NCBI GenBank assembly: GCA_963668625.2
Contig: CAXXKA010000001.1
Coordinates: forward strand, 320,001 to 384,000
Origin: an uncultured candidate division Zixibacteria bacterium
GTDB taxonomy: Bacteria; Zixibacteria; MSB-5A5; UBA10806; 4484-95
Direction: 5' to 3'
DNA: 64,000 nucleotides
Shown here: in pieces, positions 19,310-30,031 of the stretch
Layout of the letters: each line of letters begins with the position of its first letter
How positions within the stretch are numbered: position 1 is the first letter of the stretch
Made by a program: the position numbers and the translations under genes
Notes under the pieces: generated by a model
What the model was told of the DNA's origin: nothing
Seen by the model: the letters and a program-made list of their open reading frames with translations, nothing else
The model's database searches: none

Positions 19310-21943
19310 ATGTTCAAGCCGTACAGATTGTTCTATTTGTTTGCCGTTTTATTTGTTTTCGCCGGTTTCAGTGAAAAAGCTATCGCTAAAGATGATAAAG
19401 GCTCAGACAAGAAAAATGGCAAATCGTTCGAATCGATTATCAAGGATTATGATAAAATTCCCGGTCTGTTCACGTTCTACGAGAACCTGGAGGAGGGCAA
19501 AGTATACATGGAGATCAAGCCCGAGCAATTCGGGAAACTGTATATGTGTAACCTTACCCGCTCGGCCGGTGATGGCGCTTTTTACGACAACGGCGCGGAT
19601 GCAGGCGAATTCCCGTTCGAGTTCAAGCGCGTAGGTAAAAAGATACAGATGCTGGTGAAAAACTTGAATTTCAGGATCGATTCCACCTATGCTTTATCTC
19701 GAGCGTTGGAGCGCGGGGTTAGCAACAGTATCTATGGTGTGGTTAAATTAGAGGGAGAGCCGCAGAAAAAAACCGGCTCTATTTTAGTCGATCCATCCGG
19801 TTTTTTCATTCAGGATGTCGGCAATACGAGTTATGCCCTTGGCAAGAAGCTTAAAACCGATTATTCATTCGATAAGGAAAACAGCAATTTCGGTACTATA
19901 AAATCATTCCCTTATAATACCGAGATCGACGCCATCTATCATTTTAAAACCCAAAAGCCCAATCCGGCTTATAATCTGGCCAGCCCTTATAGCATGTTTC
20001 ATACTTATCATTTCTCGATATTCGAGCTCAGAGATACCGGCTATATCCCTCGTTTTGCTGATGATCGTGTTGGTTATTTCCAGACATTATACCAGGATTA
20101 CTCCGATTTATCCCGCGAAACACCGTATGTGCGATATATCAACAGGTGGCATCTGGAGAAAGCCAATCCCGAACTAGAGGTTTCACCTCCAAAAGTACCG
20201 ATTGTTTACTGGATCGAAAACACCGTGCCCGAGGATTATCGGGAATTTGTTCGCGATGGCATCCTTCACTGGAATAAAGCTTTCGAGAAAGCGGGAATCA
20301 AGGATGCTATCGTAGTCAAGCAAATGCCAGATACGGCTACCTGGGATCCGGCGGACGCCCGTTATAGCACTATAAGATGGATCGTCAATCCCGGCGGTAC
20401 TTATGCCGTGGGGCCATCGCATACGAATCCGTTTACCGGGCAAATCTATGATGCTGACGTACGCGTAAGCGCGGATTTCATTCGCTGGATGTATATCTAC
20501 TCCGATTATTATATCGATCCGCTGGTTGCCGAGCAGAATCCTTTCGATTTACTCGATGGACAAAACGGAGATTATCGCTATTGTGATAATTTCGCTGCCG
20601 AACTGGCTAAGGATGCCGCTTTTGCCTATAGCGTTATCGCCTCTCGACCTGATTTAGCCAATGCCGATTCGGTGACCCAGGAGTTCGTCAAGCAGTACGT
20701 TGTCGATCTGGTCACTCACGAGGTTGGTCATACGTTGGGATTACGGCACAATTTCAAATCATCGATCATTCATGACAATGATCAACGCCACGATGTGGAA
20801 CGTACCTCACGAATGGGGCTCACCGCCTCGGTGATGGATTACAATCCGGCCAATCTCGCTCCTCCCGGAAAAAAACAGGGTGAGTTCTGGAATTCGACTC
20901 CCGGAACATACGATTATTGGGCTATTGAGTATGGCTACAAACAGTATAATGGTGTCGAAAAACCCGAAGATGAAACTGAGATGCTCGAATCGGTAGCCTC
21001 TCGGGCCGCTGATCCGCTTCTGCCGTACGGTACCGATGAGGACGTATTCGGCAATTCCATGCAGGGTATCGATCCCTATTGTAATATGCGTGATCTTGGC
21101 AATGATCCGATCATATTTTACGAAGATGAGATAGCTCTTTCAGAGGAGTTGTGGAAAAGGATCGAGACGGAATTCGAGAAACCCGGAGATCGGTACCAGC
21201 GGGTAATGTCGGCGTTTAACCGTGGCTGGCGTTCTTATTACTATGCCTCGCGTATCGTAACCAAATTCATCGGTGGAATAGACCGCGTCAATTACCATAT
21301 AGGTGATTCTAATGAAAGACTACCGTTCGAACCCATTCCTGCGGCCAAACAAAAAGAGGCCATGGCGTTCCTCGATCAGTACATATTCGCTCCGGATGCC
21401 TTCAAGTTTCCGGCTGATCTTCTGAACAAGCTCCAACCCGAACGTCTTGAGGATTTCGCCTGGTCGGCAGGCAAGATGAAACGGGTGGATTACCCGATTC
21501 ACGATCGCGTGTTCTCTTATCAGAAAGAGCCGATTGACAGGCTGTTCAATCCGATTACCCTGCAGAGAATTCAGGATATCGAGCTTCGCTATAAACCCGG
21601 CCAGGATGTTTATACGATGGCTGAGATTTTCACCGATCTCCGCCGGTCTATCTGGCGGGAGGTTGTTGGTAAGACTAATATCAACAGTTTCCGTAGACGG
21701 TTGCAGAGATATCATCTCGATAAGGATATCCAGATGGTAGTTAACGAGATGACCGGTATCCCGGAGGATGCTCGCACGCTGGCCAGGAACGACCTGAAGG
21801 TGTTGCAGGGAGCTATCCCCGGAGCGTTGGCCAATCCCAATCTCGATCTGATCACCCGTGCTCATCTAGAGGAGTCCAAAGCCCGTATAGATGCTGCTTT
21901 AAAAGCCGGTGTGGAGAGAAGCCTTCAAGCTAAAAAGGGATAA
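19310..21943 (+). CDS. Secreted zinc metalloprotease, DUF5117/DUF4953 (EcxA-like)
   Basis: Signal peptide; 'PRFADDRVGYF', 'HEVGHTLGLRHNF', Met-turn 'SVMDY'. Confidence 0.92.
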   Translation: MFKPYRLFYLFAVLFVFAGFSEKAIAKDDKGSDKKNGKSFESIIKDYDKIPGLFTFYENLEEGKVYMEIKPEQFGKLYMCNLTRSAGDGAFYDNGADAGEFPFEFKRVGKKIQMLVKNLNFRIDSTYALSRALERGVSNSIYGVVKLEGEPQKKTGSILVDPSGFFIQDVGNTSYALGKKLKTDYSFDKENSNFGTIKSFPYNTEIDAIYHFKTQKPNPAYNLASPYSMFHTYHFSIFELRDTGYIPRFADDRVGYFQTLYQDYSDLSRETPYVRYINRWHLEKANPELEVSPPKVPIVYWIENTVPEDYREFVRDGILHWNKAFEKAGIKDAIVVKQMPDTATWDPADARYSTIRWIVNPGGTYAVGPSHTNPFTGQIYDADVRVSADFIRWMYIYSDYYIDPLVAEQNPFDLLDGQNGDYRYCDNFAAELAKDAAFAYSVIASRPDLANADSVTQEFVKQYVVDLVTHEVGHTLGLRHNFKSSIIHDNDQRHDVERTSRMGLTASVMDYNPANLAPPGKKQGEFWNSTPGTYDYWAIEYGYKQYNGVEKPEDETEMLESVASRAADPLLPYGTDEDVFGNSMQGIDPYCNMRDLGNDPIIFYEDEIALSEELWKRIETEFEKPGDRYQRVMSAFNRGWRSYYYASRIVTKFIGGIDRVNYHIGDSNERLPFEPIPAAKQKEAMAFLDQYIFAPDAFKFPADLLNKLQPERLEDFAWSAGKMKRVDYPIHDRVFSYQKEPIDRLFNPITLQRIQDIELRYKPGQDVYTMAEIFTDLRRSIWREVVGKTNINSFRRRLQRYHLDKDIQMVVNEMTGIPEDARTLARNDLKVLQGAIPGALANPNLDLITRAHLEESKARIDAALKAGVERSLQAKKG

Positions 21944-21964
21944 ATTAACGAAAAGATTAATGCG

Positions 21965-21994
21965 AAACCGGGTCTATTTTAGGCCCGGTTTTTT
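21965..21994 (+). terminator. Intrinsic terminator
   Basis: aaaccggg...cccggtttttt. Confidence 0.75.
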
Positions 21995-21997
21995 ATA

Positions 21998-22146
21998 ATT
22001 GATGATAATATTTCACTGAGCAGGAAGGAATCTTTCCTTCCTGCTGATTTGTTGTCACCTGAATTCATGCAGAGTGTTACCGGGAAAGGATTAACAAAGG
22101 ATTTCGTCCGCCCAGTGATTCATGCAAACGACTTTTCAACAATCCC
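21998..22146. repeat. Repeat family B copy
   Basis: ctgagcaggaaggaatctttccttcctgctg...ccgggaaagga...ttttcaacaatccc; left boundary approximate. Confidence 0.7.
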
Positions 22147-22530
22147 GGAGGCGGTAATCTGGTACGGCCTTTTATCTTGTTGCAATAACTTGTAGAGTTA
22201 GCCATGTTTAACGTCATTTAGATAATGTTTAGGAATATGAAAGGAGATCAAAACGAAGTTTTTCAAATACGGTGGTTTACAAAATCGGAGTTTTGTAACC
22301 AGTACCAGCCAACTTAAGTTGTACGATAAAGGCTAACGAGCCTGTGGCCGATAGTAGTTCGCAATGGATGATAACTATTAGTCGTTTTGAGGATTTATTA
22401 GCCGATTAATAATAAGCAGGTAAGCCCCTTAATGATAAAAATATCGACCAGAAACCTTAATATATTTGAATTAGTTATTCCTATAAGTTTATTTATAATA
22501 GAGAGAATATGCCGATAAAGTTGATAATAC

Positions 22531-22559
22531 TTGACATAAACAAGGATGGATGATATAAA
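22531..22559 (+). promoter_or_regulatory. Sigma70-like promoter upstream of the mevalonate operon
   Basis: TTGACA-N17-TATAAA. Confidence 0.6.
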
Positions 22560-22697
22560 AGACATTATGCCTGATTCAGGGGACTTTATAATTTCTTTTA
22601 TTTTTTATTTGATAAATAGCGAAAAGGTTATACATTAGCGCTGATGTGTAATTGTTTTCGTTTTTAGACGCAACAATTGTTTTAGTGATGGTTACAA

Positions 22698-23810
22698 TTG
22701 GATAACATGAATAGAGATAACACGCACGCTGCAATTTTATCTAAACGCAAAAGCGAGCATCTTCAGATAGTCACCAATGAGGATGTCGTCCATAGTGGCG
22801 GCACTCTTCTTAATGATATACGATTATACCATCAGGCTTTACCCGAGCTGAGTATCAATGAGCTATACACCCAGGTGGAGTTTTTCGGAAAAATTCTTCA
22901 GGTACCATTTATGATTACAGGTATGACCGGCGGAGCCGATTTTGCCGGACAACTTAATAGGGGGCTGGCCGAGGTTGCCGAAAAGCACGGTATAGCTATG
23001 GGAGTCGGCAGCCAACGAATTATGATACGCCATCCGGAGATGGCCAAGGATTTCCAGGTACGCGATAAAATCCCGAACGGCGTATTGCTGGGGAATATCG
23101 GAGCCGTGCAATTACAGGAATACACCCCGGATGTTATCAAAGCTCTGGTAGATATAATCGAGGCAGACGGTATTTGTGTACATTTGAACGCTGCCCAGGA
23201 AATAATGCAGGAGGAAGGGCATCGCAATTTTAATAAGCTGCTCGATAAAATCGATAAGCTCAATAGCTACCTCGATGGCAAAGTTTTAGTGAAAGAAACC
23301 GGCGCCGGTATGTCTATCGAGACGCTCAAGCAGTTGAAATCGATTGGTATAACAATAATCGATGTTGCCGGAGCAGGCGGAACCTCCTGGACGAAAGTTG
23401 AAGCCTTAAGGGCTCAAAATCAGAATTTAAAAAAGCTGGGCATGGCTTTCGCCGATTGGGGCGTGCCGACAGCGTTTAGTATAATTTCGGCGAAGAAAAT
23501 TATGGGTGATGGTGTTAAGCTTATCGGCTCAGGCGGTATTACCTCAGGTTTGGATGCCGCCCGGGCTATAGCCGCCGGCGCTGATATCGCCGGATTCGCC
23601 CGACCGGCCCTGTTGGCTTACATGAGTAATGGCAGCGAGGGTGTGTCATCACTGATTAATAGTTTTACGGAGGAGTTAAAAGCTGCGATGTTATTAACCG
23701 GATCGAAAGATATTACCGCACTTAAAAAAGCATCAAGAGCATATAAAAGCGAATTGAAGGACTTGCTGGAAAATCACGGCTGGTTCGAGGGGGAACAACT
23801 TGGAAATTAA
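22698..23810 (+). CDS. fni: Type 2 isopentenyl-diphosphate isomerase (FMN)
   Basis: 'RKSEHL', 'ITGMTGG', 'GVGSQR', 'VKETGAG', 'GAGGTSW', 'WGVPT'. Confidence 0.96.
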   Translation: MDNMNRDNTHAAILSKRKSEHLQIVTNEDVVHSGGTLLNDIRLYHQALPELSINELYTQVEFFGKILQVPFMITGMTGGADFAGQLNRGLAEVAEKHGIAMGVGSQRIMIRHPEMAKDFQVRDKIPNGVLLGNIGAVQLQEYTPDVIKALVDIIEADGICVHLNAAQEIMQEEGHRNFNKLLDKIDKLNSYLDGKVLVKETGAGMSIETLKQLKSIGITIIDVAGAGGTSWTKVEALRAQNQNLKKLGMAFADWGVPTAFSIISAKKIMGDGVKLIGSGGITSGLDAARAIAAGADIAGFARPALLAYMSNGSEGVSSLINSFTEELKAAMLLTGSKDITALKKASRAYKSELKDLLENHGWFEGEQLGN

Positions 23811-26106
23811 GAGAAACACCGGCACTGAAAACGATATACCAGCGGTAAAACATCCAATTTCATCACGAATACCGGGATTCTACCGTCTACCTGTCGAGCA
23901 AAGGTTGGCCTTTTTAGCCAGAAGCTATAGTTTATCCGAAAAGGAGATATCCGAGCTACGAAACGGTCAGGCTCTGAAAATCGAACACGCCGTGAACCTG
24001 GTTGAAAACGCGGTCGGTATTTTCGGTATACCACTGGGACTGGGTTTGAATTTCTATATCGACGGCCGGGAGCATATCGTTCCTATGGCTATCGAGGAAG
24101 CCTCTATAATTGCAGCGGCATCCCGCGCGGCGCTTATGATTCGCTCAGGCGGTGGTTTTCATACAAAAGTAGATAAACCCGTTATGATAGGCCAGGTTCA
24201 GGTGATGGATTTGAAAGATATCGAGTCCGCCGAATCCGTAGTACAGAACAATAAAACTGATATTATCAATGAGGCAAACCTGCCTCACCCTAGGATGCTT
24301 GCTCGTGGCGGTGGAGTTTTCGATCTGGAAACCAAGATCGTTGATGGCGGCGATGACATCGGGCGAATGCTCATCGTACATCTTTTGTTCGATGTTCGCG
24401 AGGCTATGGGCGCTAATGCCGTCTCCGGAGCTTGTGAATCCGCCGGGCCGCTTATCGAAAAGTTAACCGGTGGAAGGGTAAATTTACGAATTCTATCGAA
24501 TTTAGCCGACAAGAGAATGGCCTCCGCCGAATTTGCGCTGCCGATCGAGATGCTGGCGACTAAAGAGCTTTCGGGCGAACGAGTTGCCAACTATATAGTC
24601 GAGGCTGACCGTCTGGCATACAACGACCCCTATCGGGCGACCACTCACAACAAGGGTATTTTCAACGGGCTATGCGCGGCGGCTCTGGCATTGGGACAGG
24701 ACTGGCGAGCTATAGAGGCCGGTGGTCATGCTTATGCCTCCCGCGATGGTAAGTATCGTGGCCTGACCGAGTATACGATCAAAGGCAACTTCCTGAAAGC
24801 CAAGCTGGACTTGCCGCTTCAGGTAGGTTGGGTAGGCGGAGCGATCAAATCGCATCCGGGAATAAAAACTTTACAGAAAATAAGTGGAATCGAAAACGCG
24901 AAACAGCTTGCCGGCGTACTGGTGGCTGTCGGCCTGGCGCAGAATTTCGCGGCCTTGAACGCTCTCTGCACCGATGGCATCCAAAAAGGCCACATGGCTC
25001 TTCATGCCAGAAGCGTTGCCTTGAGTGTCGGCGTGCCCGCCGATGAGGTCGAGGAAGTCGCCAACGAGATGATTCAGCAGGGGGATATTAAAGTTGCCAC
25101 CGCCGAGGAGATATATCAGGGTATGTTAAATTCACCTCGTCCAAAACCTAAAAAAGATAAATTGCCGGTTGAGATATTCGCTCCCGGCAAAGTGGTGTTG
25201 TTCGGCGAACACGCTACGGTCTATGGTTACCCGGGAATTACTACCTCGCTGAATATCGGTATGAAAGTCAAAATATCACACGACCCGGATGGACCGCGAT
25301 TCTTGAAACCAAAATACAAACAGGTGTTTACCGTAGAGGGAAGCAACCTGGATGTTCAAAGGTTTTCCAAAGCGGTCGAGCTGGCTCTCGCAACTTATGG
25401 CCTTCAGAACGAGCCGCTTGCTATAGACGTGGAATCCGATCTCGTACCCGGTATGGGACTTGGTTCATCCGCAACTTTCTCGACCGCCTTATGCAAAGCG
25501 CTAGCCAAGTACAAAGGCGAGGATATCCCCGATCATTTCGATTTCGAGCTATTTAATAAAGTCCAGAATCTCGAATCTATATTTCACGGCCATCCCAGCG
25601 GAATGGATGCCGCGACCGTGCTATCCAACACGGTTATCTGGTTCAGAAAAGGCCCGCCGCGCGAGATTCTGCCGCTGAAAATGTCGCATTACATGACCGG
25701 CCTCGTTTGCCTGATAGAACCCGGCGCATCGACCGCCGAGATCGTTCGTAAGGTTAAAAACAGACGTATGCGCAATCCCGAGTTCATCGATGATATCATG
25801 CAGCAAATAGGCAGCTTAACGGTGGATGCCGGTATCGCTCTGGGCACCGGTGACTCTCGTGAACTGGGCAAACTGATGTTCAGGAACCATGAACTGCTGG
25901 TCAAACTCGGTGTCTCGACTCCGGCGTTGAACGATGCGGTGGAGACTCTTCTCGAATACGAGGTGCTGGGCGCCAAGCTCACCGGCTCCGGCGGCGGTGG
26001 CGCGGTTATCGCATTGGTCGAACCGACCCGTCAGTATGAGTTGTTAGAGGAGCTTTCCGATGAGTTTGCAATGGTCTATCCGTTTACACTCGGGGCAATG
26101 GCATGA
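23800..26106 (+). CDS. Fusion: class II HMG-CoA reductase + mevalonate kinase
   Basis: N-part 'ENAVG', 'EAMGAN', 'THNKGIFNG', 'GIQKGHMALHAR'; C-part 'PGKVVLFGEH', 'PGMGLGSSA', 'GAKLTGSGGGG'. Confidence 0.93.
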   Translation: MEIKRNTGTENDIPAVKHPISSRIPGFYRLPVEQRLAFLARSYSLSEKEISELRNGQALKIEHAVNLVENAVGIFGIPLGLGLNFYIDGREHIVPMAIEEASIIAAASRAALMIRSGGGFHTKVDKPVMIGQVQVMDLKDIESAESVVQNNKTDIINEANLPHPRMLARGGGVFDLETKIVDGGDDIGRMLIVHLLFDVREAMGANAVSGACESAGPLIEKLTGGRVNLRILSNLADKRMASAEFALPIEMLATKELSGERVANYIVEADRLAYNDPYRATTHNKGIFNGLCAAALALGQDWRAIEAGGHAYASRDGKYRGLTEYTIKGNFLKAKLDLPLQVGWVGGAIKSHPGIKTLQKISGIENAKQLAGVLVAVGLAQNFAALNALCTDGIQKGHMALHARSVALSVGVPADEVEEVANEMIQQGDIKVATAEEIYQGMLNSPRPKPKKDKLPVEIFAPGKVVLFGEHATVYGYPGITTSLNIGMKVKISHDPDGPRFLKPKYKQVFTVEGSNLDVQRFSKAVELALATYGLQNEPLAIDVESDLVPGMGLGSSATFSTALCKALAKYKGEDIPDHFDFELFNKVQNLESIFHGHPSGMDAATVLSNTVIWFRKGPPREILPLKMSHYMTGLVCLIEPGASTAEIVRKVKNRRMRNPEFIDDIMQQIGSLTVDAGIALGTGDSRELGKLMFRNHELLVKLGVSTPALNDAVETLLEYEVLGAKLTGSGGGGAVIALVEPTRQYELLEELSDEFAMVYPFTLGAMA

Positions 26107-27074
26107 TAATGCGGGCAACAGCCTGTGCATACGCCAATATAGCCATAATCAAATACTGGGGTAAACATCCAGAGGGTATCAATTCCCCGGCTACACCGTC
26201 AATATCGTTGACATTAGATAAGCTTAAAACCGTAACGAAAATAAAACTGTATTCCGAGGGTATCGATAGTTTTAAAATTAACGATAAACCAGCGGACCTG
26301 GAATCATCCAAAAGAATAAAACAGTATCTCGATTTCTGGCGCAATAAAGGTTTGATAAACGGCGTTTTCCAGGTAGAATCACGCAATAATTTTCCCACCA
26401 AATCGGGACTTGCCTCGAGCTCATCAGGATATGCGGCTTTAGCTATCGGCCTGTCCGCTTTCTCCACCAAAAAAATCGGTGTAAGCAGGCTAAGCGGATT
26501 GGCAAGGATCGGCAGCGGCTCGGCCGCCCGTTCGATAACCGGCGGATTGAGCGCTTTGCCCAAAACGAACTCACCGACCGCTCGTCTTTTAATACCTGCG
26601 GCGAAAATCCCCTGGGGAATGATAATCTGCGAGGTTGACCAGGCGGAAAAAGAGATCGGCTCGAGAGTCGGAATGGAATTAAGCCGGAAATCCAGTCCTT
26701 ATTATGACTCGTGGGTAGTACAGGCTCAGAGAGACTATTTGATGATGCTTCGCGCTTTGAAAAAGCTCGATCTCGAACTGGTAGGACATATCATGGAATC
26801 GAACACCCTGAGTATGCATGCCTGCATGATCGCCACAAGACCATCGTTGATTTACTGGACATCTGCTACCATAGATATTCTTCATGCCGTTAAGAGATGG
26901 CGTAAAACCGGCAATCAGGTTTATGCCACAATGGATGCCGGCCCGCATGTGATACTGCTTTGCCATCGTGATGACCTTGACAGGTTAGCCAAAAGAGCGG
27001 CTCGGATTGACGGCGTTATTAAAACCACTAAAAGCCTACCGGCCGATGGAGCGAGTGTTATTTCATGGGATTAA
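26103..27074 (+). CDS. mvaD: Diphosphomevalonate decarboxylase
   Basis: 'NIAIIKYWGK', 'GLASSSSG', 'ARIGSGSAARS', 'TMDAGPHV'. Confidence 0.95.
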   Translation: MIMRATACAYANIAIIKYWGKHPEGINSPATPSISLTLDKLKTVTKIKLYSEGIDSFKINDKPADLESSKRIKQYLDFWRNKGLINGVFQVESRNNFPTKSGLASSSSGYAALAIGLSAFSTKKIGVSRLSGLARIGSGSAARSITGGLSALPKTNSPTARLLIPAAKIPWGMIICEVDQAEKEIGSRVGMELSRKSSPYYDSWVVQAQRDYLMMLRALKKLDLELVGHIMESNTLSMHACMIATRPSLIYWTSATIDILHAVKRWRKTGNQVYATMDAGPHVILLCHRDDLDRLAKRAARIDGVIKTTKSLPADGASVISWD

Positions 27075-28000
27075 TAAGTGTTAATGTACCGGGCAAAGTG
27101 ATGTTGTCCGGCGAATATGCCGTACTTTACGGGGGCACTGCCGCGTTGATGCCCGTACCTTTGTTTTTAAAAGTGTCCGAATCGGAAAATAAACTATCAG
27201 GAGAGTATTCACCTGTCATTAAAGCAGCGCTCGATTTGGAGATCGTCGATCTTCTGGAGTTCGAGGAAAAACATGGTAAGCCTCATATAGATATAGATCG
27301 CAGTATGTTATTCGGTAGCGATCAATCTGGCAAGCCTATCAAGTTGGGTCTCGGATCCTCGGCCGCCGAGGCGGTCGGTGTGATTAAGCTGAGATTCAAA
27401 CGCGCCGGTCATGAATATCAGGATGCCGAGGGGATTATTTTAGAGTACGCGTTGATGGCGCACGAGGAGGCGCAGGGGGGAATAGGCAGCGGCGCGGATG
27501 TGGCGGCTTGCACTTTTGCCTCGCCGATACGCTTTGCCAAACCTTACGAGTCGGAGTTCAAAACGATAGTGCCGATAGAACCGGAATACGAGTACCCCAT
27601 GCATCTGTTGTGGACCGGAATTTCGGCTGATACCCGGGAGATGGTCGACAATTTCCAGCGCTGGGCCGAAATTGCGGATGAATCCGAGCAGGATATTTTA
27701 TCCGATTTGATAGATGTAGCTAACGAACTGGCCGAGATGTGGTTCGTGGTCGAGGAGGATGAGATTTTCGAAAGGTTGGATGAGTACGCCGGTATCATGA
27801 ATAGCTGTGCCAGAATGGCCGGGATACCTTATAGAAAGCCCATACACGAGGAAATTGAAAACTGGGCTATCCGTCACGGCGGGCGCGCCAAACCGACCGG
27901 CGCAGGCGGCGGTGATATGATTCTACTGATAGGCGAATTACCGGTTAACAAATTAAGTCATCTGGTGATACCCCTTAATTTTAAGCCTTTCGAGGAATAA
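27065..28000 (+). CDS. mvaK2: Phosphomevalonate kinase (GHMP)
   Basis: 'PGKVMLSGEYAVL', 'KLGLGSSAA', 'GSGADVAA', 'KPTGAGGGD'; operon context. Confidence 0.85.
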   Translation: MGLISVNVPGKVMLSGEYAVLYGGTAALMPVPLFLKVSESENKLSGEYSPVIKAALDLEIVDLLEFEEKHGKPHIDIDRSMLFGSDQSGKPIKLGLGSSAAEAVGVIKLRFKRAGHEYQDAEGIILEYALMAHEEAQGGIGSGADVAACTFASPIRFAKPYESEFKTIVPIEPEYEYPMHLLWTGISADTREMVDNFQRWAEIADESEQDILSDLIDVANELAEMWFVVEEDEIFERLDEYAGIMNSCARMAGIPYRKPIHEEIENWAIRHGGRAKPTGAGGGDMILLIGELPVNKLSHLVIPLNFKPFEE

Positions 28001-28080
28001 TTCTTATCAAGAACCTTTCTATAGCAATATGCGTTATAATTTACATAACAAAAATATCTCAATGATGCTAAGGAGGAGTA

Positions 28081-28575
28081 ATGATTGAAACTCTAACGAT
28101 TCGTAAAGCAGTTGAACTAGCCATAACGACCGAGCAGCTCGGAGCCGAGTTTTATACCCGCATGGAAAGAAAATTCCGTGATAATGAAAATTTGAAAGCG
28201 ATTTTTGCCCGCCTGGTTAAAGATGAGGAGGCACACGAGGCGCAGTTCAAAGCCATATTAAAACATGTGCCGGAGGATGAGCCGGGTAAACAGCAATACG
28301 AGAAATATCAATTCCTGAGAGCAACCGCGATTTCAGGATTTTTCAGAAAAGAATATTTTAAAAATACGGATGAGATTTCCAATCAGGATGAGGCGTTGGG
28401 CCGAGCTCTTAATTTCGAGAAAGCCACGCTTCAATACTATCAGGCAATCCGTGATATCCTGGGTTCGGATGACGCCCTGGAGGATATCATCAAAGCCGAG
28501 CACGGACATGTGGTTGCTTTAATGAAAGTCATCGTGGCCGATGGTAAATTTCGAGGTCTGGGTGACAACTGGTAA
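28081..28575 (+). CDS. Ferritin-like/rubrerythrin di-iron domain protein
   Basis: 'TEQLGAEFY', 'DEEAH', 'FEKATLQYY', 'AEHGH'. Confidence 0.85.
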   Translation: MIETLTIRKAVELAITTEQLGAEFYTRMERKFRDNENLKAIFARLVKDEEAHEAQFKAILKHVPEDEPGKQQYEKYQFLRATAISGFFRKEYFKNTDEISNQDEALGRALNFEKATLQYYQAIRDILGSDDALEDIIKAEHGHVVALMKVIVADGKFRGLGDNW

Positions 28576-28639
28576 AAGTATATTGGGTAATTAAAAGTTA
28601 GCTGTGGGATTCACGGACTTCGTTTCAATTATTAAAATT

Positions 28640-28680
28640 AAAAAGCAGGGAACTCCAACGAGAATCCCTGCTTTTATTTT
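28640..28680. terminator. Bidirectional intrinsic terminator
   Basis: aaaagcaggga...tccctgctttt between convergent genes. Confidence 0.78.
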
Positions 28681-28699
28681 TCTCAGGAAAAGCCGAAAT

Positions 28700-29848
28700 T
28701 TACATATCGGTTTTGAACTCCTCTAATGTCTCTTGCCAGCCTGCGTCATCCGGGTCCTCGTTAACTGCCATCTCCATGTACTTGATAGCATCATCATTAT
28801 TACCCAGCGCTTTGCAGATATGCGCCGCGGTATCGAGTATCATTGCTTTGGATCGTCCCGGTTGAGCCAGGTTGACACCTTTTACCGCCAGCTTCTCGGC
28901 CTCTTCCAGATTAATCATATTTTCATAACACCACCAGGCGAAACTATTGAGCGCATTGGCATCCTCTGTCCAGCCATCCTCGTAAGTCGAGCGTTTTAAC
29001 TCGACTGCTTTATTTTTCTCGCCGGTAAAGTTAAGGTTATATGCTATCTCGAATTCGGTGTTGTGTCTACTGAGGTTCTCATCATTGGCCTTGGTATAAG
29101 CCTTCATGCCCAGTTCCAGGTAATTCTTGAAATCAACCATCTTCTCGTGATACTCCGCCAGTCTGCTCATATCACTAGCGGCGTACACCTGAGAGGTGTA
29201 ATCATTACCGGCAAACACTATTTCGGCGGTTTTAACGGCGTCCTCATATGTGAATTCATTGCCGCGAATACCGCGAATAGTGTTTTCGAGCAAATCGTAG
29301 GCATAGTTATTCTCATCATCGAGCTCGGCGGCTTTGCCGTAATACGTTACCGCGTCTTTGTACATACCGGTGGCGCTGCTATACCGGGCCAGCGCTTTGG
29401 CATCATTGAGCGTTGGCAGATCGTCATAACGTGCCATCTTCTGATCGATAGTTGCCAGATCGGCTAGTTCCTCGGTAAGCGTATTAATAAAATAATCTTT
29501 GGCAAAACCCGACCAACGGGCAATTATCTGCTTATCGGCGTTGACCAGCACGTATGTTGGATAACCCTGTATTTCGAACTCGACCGCCAGGTCAATGCCC
29601 TCGCCTTTTTCGCAGTCAACCTTGTGAAGAACCACGTTTTCGAGTGCGGCCATTACTTCGGCATCCTCATGCGAGGCTTTGGTGAATCGCTGGCAAGGCC
29701 CGCACCATTCGGCATAGAAATCTACCAGAAACGGTTTGCCTTCTTCAGTGGCCTTGGCCAATGCCTTATCGAACTGACTGCCTTGTTGGCAGGCAAACCC
29801 GATCGCAATAATCATGATTCCTAAAACGATAAACATAGCTTTTTTCAT
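28700..29848 (-). CDS. Thioredoxin-domain + TPR lipoprotein
   Basis: Lipobox 'GFA-C', 'DFYAEWCGPC', 'GYPT', TPR-like 'ILDTAAH'. Confidence 0.85.
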   Translation of the reverse strand: MKKAMFIVLGIMIIAIGFACQQGSQFDKALAKATEEGKPFLVDFYAEWCGPCQRFTKASHEDAEVMAALENVVLHKVDCEKGEGIDLAVEFEIQGYPTYVLVNADKQIIARWSGFAKDYFINTLTEELADLATIDQKMARYDDLPTLNDAKALARYSSATGMYKDAVTYYGKAAELDDENNYAYDLLENTIRGIRGNEFTYEDAVKTAEIVFAGNDYTSQVYAASDMSRLAEYHEKMVDFKNYLELGMKAYTKANDENLSRHNTEFEIAYNLNFTGEKNKAVELKRSTYEDGWTEDANALNSFAWWCYENMINLEEAEKLAVKGVNLAQPGRSKAMILDTAAHICKALGNNDDAIKYMEMAVNEDPDDAGWQETLEEFKTDM

Positions 29849-30031
29849 GGATGCATTCCTTTAATTTAAGTAATTCACTTTTTCATTTAAAGGTCAATAT
29901 ATGCGGTAATGTTCCTGTAATTCAAGTAGAAATAAAATAGGGATTTCCCGGCAAAACCAGTTAAGCTACAGATGAGGTTATCAGCCAGCCATAAAATAAC
30001 TGAGCAAAGTTAAGTTCATGGAAAATTATTA

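Noticed and set aside
28700-29848. Possible selenocysteine in the thioredoxin motif
   Set aside because: Both WCGPC cysteines are TGC codons; no in-frame TGA
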